The notes beneath the pieces are model-generated. The model had not been told where the DNA came from, did no database searches, and saw only the letters and a program-made list of their open reading frames with translations. Shown piece by piece: positions 28,386-34,144 of a stretch of 34,144 bases of DNA (the stretch's first letter is position 1; the number at the start of each line of letters is the position of its first letter). This DNA is from Oligoflexus sp. Its GTDB lineage: Bacteria > Bdellovibrionota_B > Oligoflexia > Oligoflexales > Oligoflexaceae. Where the stretch lies: assembly GCA_041736305.1 (NCBI GenBank), contig JBGSTX010000190.1, forward strand, positions 1-34,144, given 5' to 3'. The position numbers were made by a program, and so were the translations under genes.

Positions 28386-29360
28386 GTGAGATCCGCGGCT
28401 CCTTCGGTCAGCCCAAAAGATGGCATGCTTCTCATTTACAAGCCAGGAGGCATGACTTCGAAAGACGTTTCTCGCTGGTTTCAAAAGCGCTTGGGCCGGG
28501 TAAAGTTGGGCCATGTAGGGACACTCGATCCACTGGCAGAAGGTCTACTTCCTATACTGTTTGGGAAAGCGACCAGACTTCAGGATTATCTAGTTTCAAG
28601 CACTAAGTGCTACGAATTTGATGTCACCTTCGGAGCTGCGACAGACACTATGGATGCCGATGGGCAAGTGGTAGAAGAAGCCGCATCCGACCATATTGAG
28701 CTTTCGCAGCTCCAAGAAATATGTGCGGGATTGATTGGGGACTTTTTACAAGTTCCCCCTCTTTATTCGGCAATTAAATTTCAGGGTAAACCTCTCTATG
28801 AATACGCCCGAAAAGGCAAAACTGATGCAGTGCCGCTCCAGCTCCTGCGCAGGATCGTGCAAATTGCTGATCTAGAGTGCCTAGGCTATGAGGCAGGCAT
28901 CGGACGCTTCCGTATCGTTTGTTCCAAGGGAACCTACGTGCGTGTGGTAGCGACGACGATAGCTGAGAAAGCTGGAAGCCTTGGCACCGTCAGTCGCCTA
29001 ATTCGGCTGGGTTGCGGGTCTTTACGCTCTAAAGACGCCTGGACTCTTGAGCAACTCGAGGCCAGGCTCGATAAACTTGATGAGTGCATTGTCCCCATTC
29101 ATGCGATCAAATTGGACATTCCTTGCTGGCGAACCTTGGATGGCAATCTTGTGCAGCGCCTTAAAATGGGCCAGGAAATGCAGGTTGAAATGAAGGCATT
29201 CGAAGGCGGACTGGTGCACGATGGTGTGCGTCGCGCCACAATTAGATCACTTGACCATGTCGTCTTTATCGATAACAATGGTGTCTCTTTTGGTATCGGT
29301 AGCGCTATGGTACTCAACACGGGTCGTATAGCGGTTAGAATGAGGAGAGGACTCTCATGA
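28386..29360 (+). CDS. truB: tRNA pseudouridine(55) synthase
   Basis: [15 protein letters not shown] (catalytic Asp), [25 protein letters not shown]. Confidence 0.97.
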   Translation: MRSAAPSVSPKDGMLLIYKPGGMTSKDVSRWFQKRLGRVKLGHVGTLDPLAEGLLPILFGKATRLQDYLVSSTKCYEFDVTFGAATDTMDADGQVVEEAASDHIELSQLQEICAGLIGDFLQVPPLYSAIKFQGKPLYEYARKGKTDAVPLQLLRRIVQIADLECLGYEAGIGRFRIVCSKGTYVRVVATTIAEKAGSLGTVSRLIRLGCGSLRSKDAWTLEQLEARLDKLDECIVPIHAIKLDIPCWRTLDGNLVQRLKMGQEMQVEMKAFEGGLVHDGVRRATIRSLDHVVFIDNNGVSFGIGSAMVLNTGRIAVRMRRGLS

Positions 29361-30523
29361 GCGGAAATCTCAAAAATTATCTTTTTACTTCGGAATCTGT
29401 CAGTGAGGGCCATCCTGACAAAATTTGTGACCAGATTAGCGACGCAATTCTCGACGCGCTTCTGGCTCAAGACAAGTACTCTCGTGTAGCCTGCGAAAGC
29501 TTGGTAAAGACTGGTCTAGTCGTGATCGCTGGTGAAATAACCAGTAAGGCTCAGATCGATTACGCTCGAATTGCGCGTGAAACCATCGAAGAAATTGGTT
29601 ATACCGATGGCTCCCTGGGATTTGACGCGAAGAGTTGTGGAGTAATCCTCTCTGTCGAGCAACAGTCGCCTGATATTTCGATGGGCGTTACAGAAGGTCA
29701 AGGACTTCACACCGAACAGGGTGCTGGTGATCAGGGGATGATGTTTGGTTACGCCATCAACGAAACCCCTGAGTACATGCCTGCGACGATTAGCTACGCC
29801 CATAAGCTGCTGCAACAGCTGTCTCACTCTCGACGTCAAAATCTAGTCAATTATCTGCGCCCTGATGCAAAGAGCCAGGTAACTGCAGAGTATCGTGACG
29901 GCCAATTGAGCCGGATCGATGCGGTTGTTATTTCCACGCAACATTCTCCAGACGTCAAGCACGCCGATCTCACAGATTACGTCATCAACGAAGTCGTCAA
30001 AAAAGTGATCCCAGCGGAACTTCTCGACAAAAAGACAAAGTTTCATATCAATCCTACTGGACGCTTCGTAATTGGCGGACCGCAGGGTGATTGTGGGCTC
30101 ACCGGTAGAAAGATTATCGTCGATTCTTACGGTGGCCACGGTGCCCACGGTGGGGGCGCCTTCTCGGGCAAGGACCCGACTAAAGTTGACCGTTCTGCAG
30201 CTTACATGGGACGCTATATTGCCAAAAATATCGTAGCGGCTGGCCTCGCAAATCAGTGCCTCGTTCAGCTTGCTTATGCGATTGGTGTCGCAGAACCAGT
30301 TAGCGTCTACGTCAATACTTACGGGACAGGTAAAGTGTCCGAAGAAAAGTTGGCTACTGCTATTCGCGAAGTTTTCCGCCTTACGCCTCGCGGAATTACC
30401 GACTCTCTCGATCTTTTGCGCCCTATCTATAAGAAAACCGCTTCTTTTGGTCACTTCGGGCGCGATATATTCCCTTGGGAACGCCTTGACAAGGTCGACG
30501 CTCTCAAGTCTTGCATCAAATAA
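29357..30523 (+). CDS. metK: S-adenosylmethionine synthetase
   Basis: [39 protein letters not shown] overlap with truB. Confidence 0.99.
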   Translation: MSGNLKNYLFTSESVSEGHPDKICDQISDAILDALLAQDKYSRVACESLVKTGLVVIAGEITSKAQIDYARIARETIEEIGYTDGSLGFDAKSCGVILSVEQQSPDISMGVTEGQGLHTEQGAGDQGMMFGYAINETPEYMPATISYAHKLLQQLSHSRRQNLVNYLRPDAKSQVTAEYRDGQLSRIDAVVISTQHSPDVKHADLTDYVINEVVKKVIPAELLDKKTKFHINPTGRFVIGGPQGDCGLTGRKIIVDSYGGHGAHGGGAFSGKDPTKVDRSAAYMGRYIAKNIVAAGLANQCLVQLAYAIGVAEPVSVYVNTYGTGKVSEEKLATAIREVFRLTPRGITDSLDLLRPIYKKTASFGHFGRDIFPWERLDKVDALKSCIK

Positions 30524-30555
30524 GCTCACTCTCTCGGGCTTTTAGTCTAAAATTT

Positions 30556-30584
30556 AACCGCGCAGTGATGCGCGGTTTTTTTTT
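30556..30584 (+). terminator. Intrinsic terminator after metK
   Basis: AACCGCGCA-gtga-TGCGCGGTT, ending in a T9 run. Confidence 0.9.
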
Positions 30585-30624
30585 ATGGTTCCTTCTCGTG
30601 TCCGGCCTCGTTATAGTGGTGCTT

Positions 30625-31206
30625 ATGGAACAAAAGACCAATGGCTCACACAAACAGCGTATTGTCATCGTCAATCGGGATTTCCAGTTTCGCTACACCG
30701 GAGCGGCTGTCCTGGTAGGGCTGCTCTCTACCGCGTTGACAACGACCCTGATACTCTATCCCCTTTACAAATTCGAAATTTTGCGGATTCCGCGCTTCCT
30801 ACCCCTTCCTATTCTTTCGGTCATGGGCACAGCGGCACTCTTGAATATGGGGCTGGTAGCCTTTATGGGCATACTCCTTACTCACAGGATAGCGGGACCT
30901 ATGTATTCTCTCGTGCGGCAGTTCCGGCGCGTCGAGGAAGGGCGCTGGTATGGTCAGATGAAGGTCCGTGAGGGAGATGACCTTAAGTATCTGGTTCGTA
31001 ACTTCAACGCTATGCTGGAAGCCATCAATCGCCAAGCCCACGTGGATTTTGAAAAACTTAGGCAAGTGCGGAGTCTGCTGGTTTCGTCCGAGTGGAGCGA
31101 TGCTGAAAAGGTTTCAAGAGCCCTGCTTGAAATAAAAGCTCTCGATGAACGTCTACGTAGCCGATTGCATGCCAATACTGAAGAAGAACAAACAGCGAGT
31201 CGCTAA
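30625..31206 (+). CDS. Two-TM membrane protein with a HAMP-like domain
   Basis: FQFRY, two hydrophobic segments, then THRIAGPMYSL.R.F..V.EG...VREGDDL..L...FNAML. ATG at 30625 was chosen because the longer ORF crosses the terminator. Confidence 0.75.
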   Translation: MEQKTNGSHKQRIVIVNRDFQFRYTGAAVLVGLLSTALTTTLILYPLYKFEILRIPRFLPLPILSVMGTAALLNMGLVAFMGILLTHRIAGPMYSLVRQFRRVEEGRWYGQMKVREGDDLKYLVRNFNAMLEAINRQAHVDFEKLRQVRSLLVSSEWSDAEKVSRALLEIKALDERLRSRLHANTEEEQTASR

Positions 31207-31983
31207 ATGTATATTATTCGCCTGACGGGTACTTTCATGGCCGCCTTGCCTAGCGGAGTCGTGCTAGATGTGCAAGGTGTAGGCTATGGAATCGAACTTC
31301 CACTTTCAACTCTTTGCCAGCTGCCTCGAGTCGGACAGGCCCTTAGCCTCTGGGTCTATAGCCACGTGCGCGAGGATGCGATTCGATTTTTCGGATTCCG
31401 CAGCTATGAAGATCGGCAGGTTTTCGAAATCCTACTGAGTTTGACTGGAGTAGGCCCAAAGGTTGCATTAGCTATCCTCTCGACCTTGAGCGTCAGTGCG
31501 CTCGAGCGTTCGGTGTTGAAGCAGGAAACCCGGGTTCTGGAAAGTGTCCCTGGAGTTGGTGCGCGTCTTGCGGAGCGTATTATCGTCGAGTTGAAGCCAA
31601 AAATGAACCGCTTGAAAGCTGCCCAAATGCTCGATCTAGCCGAAGGTTCGGTGCGTCTCGATTCTGAAAATTTTGACACTGTGCTACCGGACCCCATAGA
31701 GGAATACGAAGCCGCTCGAGAGCTGCTGTTTTCCGATCTCAGCTCTGCGCTTGAAAATCTTGGCTACAAAGATAAAACCATAGATCCGCTTATAGCAAAG
31801 CTTCGCCAAGAAAAAGCCTTGAATACCTTTCCGGATCTCATGCGTTCGGCACTGCGCAAGTTGAGTCAGGGAGTTCTGGAAATGGAAGCTCGCCCAAAAA
31901 AGGGTGCTTCTGAAAAGATTAACAAACCTGGAAATAAGTCTAAGGGAAAGGGCTTGGCTATCGACGAGAGCGAGCTCTTTTGA
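31207..31983 (+). CDS. ruvA: Holliday junction branch migration protein RuvA
   Basis: DVQGVGY, HVRED..FFGF, GVGPKVALAILS, VPGVG...AERIIVELK, SALENLGY. Confidence 0.96.
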   Translation: MYIIRLTGTFMAALPSGVVLDVQGVGYGIELPLSTLCQLPRVGQALSLWVYSHVREDAIRFFGFRSYEDRQVFEILLSLTGVGPKVALAILSTLSVSALERSVLKQETRVLESVPGVGARLAERIIVELKPKMNRLKAAQMLDLAEGSVRLDSENFDTVLPDPIEEYEAARELLFSDLSSALENLGYKDKTIDPLIAKLRQEKALNTFPDLMRSALRKLSQGVLEMEARPKKGASEKINKPGNKSKGKGLAIDESELF

Positions 31984-31997
31984 TGAGGTAAACGGGT

Positions 31998-33089
31998 ATG
32001 GACCCAATCGAAATCCGCGTGCATAAGCCCGAAGCGAAGGGCAAAAAACAACCAGAGAGTGCCAGCGAGCTAGAGCCCAAATATCATCCGACACACTATC
32101 TGACTCAGGGCAATTCTCTTGAGGGAGATGAGCCCCTAGACCAACAGCTAAGGCCGAGCCGCTTCGAAGACTATCCTGGTCAGGACACTGTTAAATCCAA
32201 TCTTCAAGTATATGTGGCTGCAGCTCGCAAGCGAGCTTCTCCGCTTGATCACAGCCTTTTTCACGGACCGCCTGGACTTGGCAAGACAACTCTTGCCAAA
32301 ATAGTTGCTCTCGAATTGCAAGCGCCTTTCTTTCAAACCAGCGGCCCTTCTATTGATAAGCCGGGAGACCTTGCTGGAATCCTTGCGGGGATGGAGCCAG
32401 GGAGTGTTCTTTTTATCGATGAAATCCATCGTCTCCCCATCACTGTGGAGGAGATCCTCTATTCGGCTATGGAAGATTTCTGCGTCGATATTCTGGTAGG
32501 GCAGGGGCCGACGGCTCGAACTGTGCGTATGCCTATCAATCCTTTTACGCTGATTGGCGCTACTACGCGAATGGCCAGCCTTTCAGCTCCTTTGCTGAGC
32601 CGCTTTGGTATCCAGGAGCACTTGGAATTCTACGATGTCGAGTCTCTTTCTCTCATCTTGCGGCGCAGCGCCCGCCTCTGGCAAATCGATCTGGCTACGG
32701 ACGGAGCATCGGAGCTGGCCCGGCGCTCCCGTGGGACGCCACGAATAGCCAATCGTCTTCTCCGTCGCGTGCGCGACTTTGCAGACTTTCACGATCTTAA
32801 AGAACTCCATGTTGATATTGTGGATCTTACTTTGACTCGCCTTCATATCGACAGCGCAGGGCTGGATAAAATGGACCGAAGAATCCTGCGAGTGATTAAA
32901 GATAGATACAAAGGTGGGCCCGTTGGTATTGAAGCTCTTGCGGCCACTGTGGGCGAGGAACGTCACACAATAGAGGACGTGTATGAGCCTTTTTTGATGC
33001 ATCAAGGTTTCATCCGTCGTGGTCCCCGGGGGCGGGAACTGAGCCCAAAAGCCTTGCAGCACCTGGATTCTGTCGCAGAAGATTTTTGA
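31998..33089 (+). CDS. ruvB: Holliday junction branch migration helicase RuvB
   Basis: LRP..F..Y.GQ, Walker A GPPGLGKTT, Walker B FIDEIHRL, GATTR, SRGTPRIANRLL, GGPVG. Confidence 0.98.
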   Translation: MDPIEIRVHKPEAKGKKQPESASELEPKYHPTHYLTQGNSLEGDEPLDQQLRPSRFEDYPGQDTVKSNLQVYVAAARKRASPLDHSLFHGPPGLGKTTLAKIVALELQAPFFQTSGPSIDKPGDLAGILAGMEPGSVLFIDEIHRLPITVEEILYSAMEDFCVDILVGQGPTARTVRMPINPFTLIGATTRMASLSAPLLSRFGIQEHLEFYDVESLSLILRRSARLWQIDLATDGASELARRSRGTPRIANRLLRRVRDFADFHDLKELHVDIVDLTLTRLHIDSAGLDKMDRRILRVIKDRYKGGPVGIEALAATVGEERHTIEDVYEPFLMHQGFIRRGPRGRELSPKALQHLDSVAEDF

Positions 33090-33201
33090 CTACGACAAGC
33101 TGCTTTATGAAAAATTTACAAGAGGCGAGTGGAATCCGGTGGTGAGTTTCGTTATGATAGGCCGCTTTTTGAAAGAGAATATTCAAAGCAGGAGGTCTTC
33201 T

Positions 33202-34144
33202 GTGAAGCTCAAGTCAGGACTTTTTAGCATTATGGGTCTAGTCCTTCCCCTCGAAAGCGCAGCAACCGCTGCCCAAATTGAAATTGGCGGAGAGTATCAC
33301 TTCAGTCTTTTCAATACCAACGACGGTCTGAACCCAGAAAATCTTCAGACCAAAGAAACTGATATGGCTATTCGTGCGGCCAAAGTCGCCTTGAGGGGCG
33401 CGCTGAGCGATCAGATTACCTGGAACGTCCTCTATCAGCTCGACAAAAGAGAGCTTGAGCGCTACTGGTTGACGAACAAGCTCACTGACGACTTCGAAGT
33501 TTCAATCGGTCAGCAGAAGATCAAAACTTACGGCTGGCATCGCCGTTTAACAAGTAGCGCAACCAGTCCTGTTCGAGGAGCTTACCTCGATAAAAATCCG
33601 TTCAAGGATGTACTGGCCGTAGATTTCTCTTATAAATTGGCGGGGACGCTGTCTCTGACTTTCGTCAAAGATTACTTCGATACCGAAGCGGCTTGTACCA
33701 ATCAGGGCACAGGTTGCAAGTCATGGAATCCAAAAGACGTCCAAAAGCAACCTGGTATCGTATTTGAGTGGATAGGCGCTTTCGGACCTGTTCAGCCACT
33801 TGTCCAGTACGCAAGCTACGATAGGGGCCATAGCTCAATCGTTTCTGCTGGCGTTAGGTACAAGAGCGACCTGATTGATTCACATCTAGACTTTACTCAG
33901 GATACTCGCAATGCCAAGGGCCTAAGTCCAAGTGGTGAGGCGGAAGATCAAGAGAATAAGTTTACTGGTATGGTCGTATATGCTGAATTCAAAGGCGGAA
34001 ACTATACCCCCTACGTTCATTACTCGACTCTGGAATCCGATCTCTATGCTGCGCCAGCGGCTAAAAAAGTTGAGACTAATAAGGACGGCCAGCTCGATAA
34101 TAATGAAGGCACCCTCTCTGCCGGTGTGTTCTTCGAGAACTGGG
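33202..34144 (+). CDS. Porin-like outer-membrane protein, truncated by the window end; not in the ORF track
   Basis: GTG after SD AGGAGG, with the frame open to the end. Signal peptide (MKLKSGLFSIMGLVLPLESAATAA) followed by amphipathic strands (IRAAKVALRG, FEVSIGQQK, SAGVRY). Confidence 0.75.
   Translation, partial: MKLKSGLFSIMGLVLPLESAATAAQIEIGGEYHFSLFNTNDGLNPENLQTKETDMAIRAAKVALRGALSDQITWNVLYQLDKRELERYWLTNKLTDDFEVSIGQQKIKTYGWHRRLTSSATSPVRGAYLDKNPFKDVLAVDFSYKLAGTLSLTFVKDYFDTEAACTNQGTGCKSWNPKDVQKQPGIVFEWIGAFGPVQPLVQYASYDRGHSSIVSAGVRYKSDLIDSHLDFTQDTRNAKGLSPSGEAEDQENKFTGMVVYAEFKGGNYTPYVHYSTLESDLYAAPAAKKVETNKDGQLDNNEGTLSAGVFFENW

Noticed and set aside
29843..30529. 228-aa antisense ORF over metK
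   Set aside because: Shadow frame of a conserved gene.
30511..30624. Longer N-terminus for the HAMP protein
   Set aside because: It would overlap metK and run through its intrinsic terminator.
1..34144. CRISPR array, IS element, integrase or prophage
   Set aside because: No regularly spaced direct repeats, transposase/integrase motifs or duplicated tRNA end were seen by eye.

Overview
Core-genome window from a Gram-negative bacterium. The protein style suggests a deltaproteobacteria-like or Bdellovibrionota/Oligoflexia-like organism, but that is inference only. It is dominated by the S10-spc-alpha ribosomal superoperon (rpsJ to rplQ, 5384-19224), which has its own near-consensus sigma70 promoter and a closing terminator. 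rplX (L24), map and rpsD (S4) are missing from their usual slots, and no tuf/fusA lies upstream. To the left, on the minus strand, are an overlapping pair encoding a predicted outer-membrane beta-barrel and an 896-aa exported unknown protein, then tRNA-His(GUG), then a wHTH-like/DUF5985-like pair. To the right are an OB-fold lipoprotein with a lone lptF/lptG-family gene, mtnD-mtnC (methionine salvage) divergent from rimP-nusA-infB-rbfA-truB-metK, a HAMP membrane protein abutting ruvAB, and a truncated porin-like gene. I saw no mobile elements or CRISPR arrays. The most interesting signals are the uncharacterised barrel plus large-protein operon, the clean absence of rplX with divergent tunnel proteins, Met/SAM genes bracketing the IF2 operon, and hairpin-rich spacers where conserved genes usually sit. 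All family calls come from motif recognition, not from database searches.
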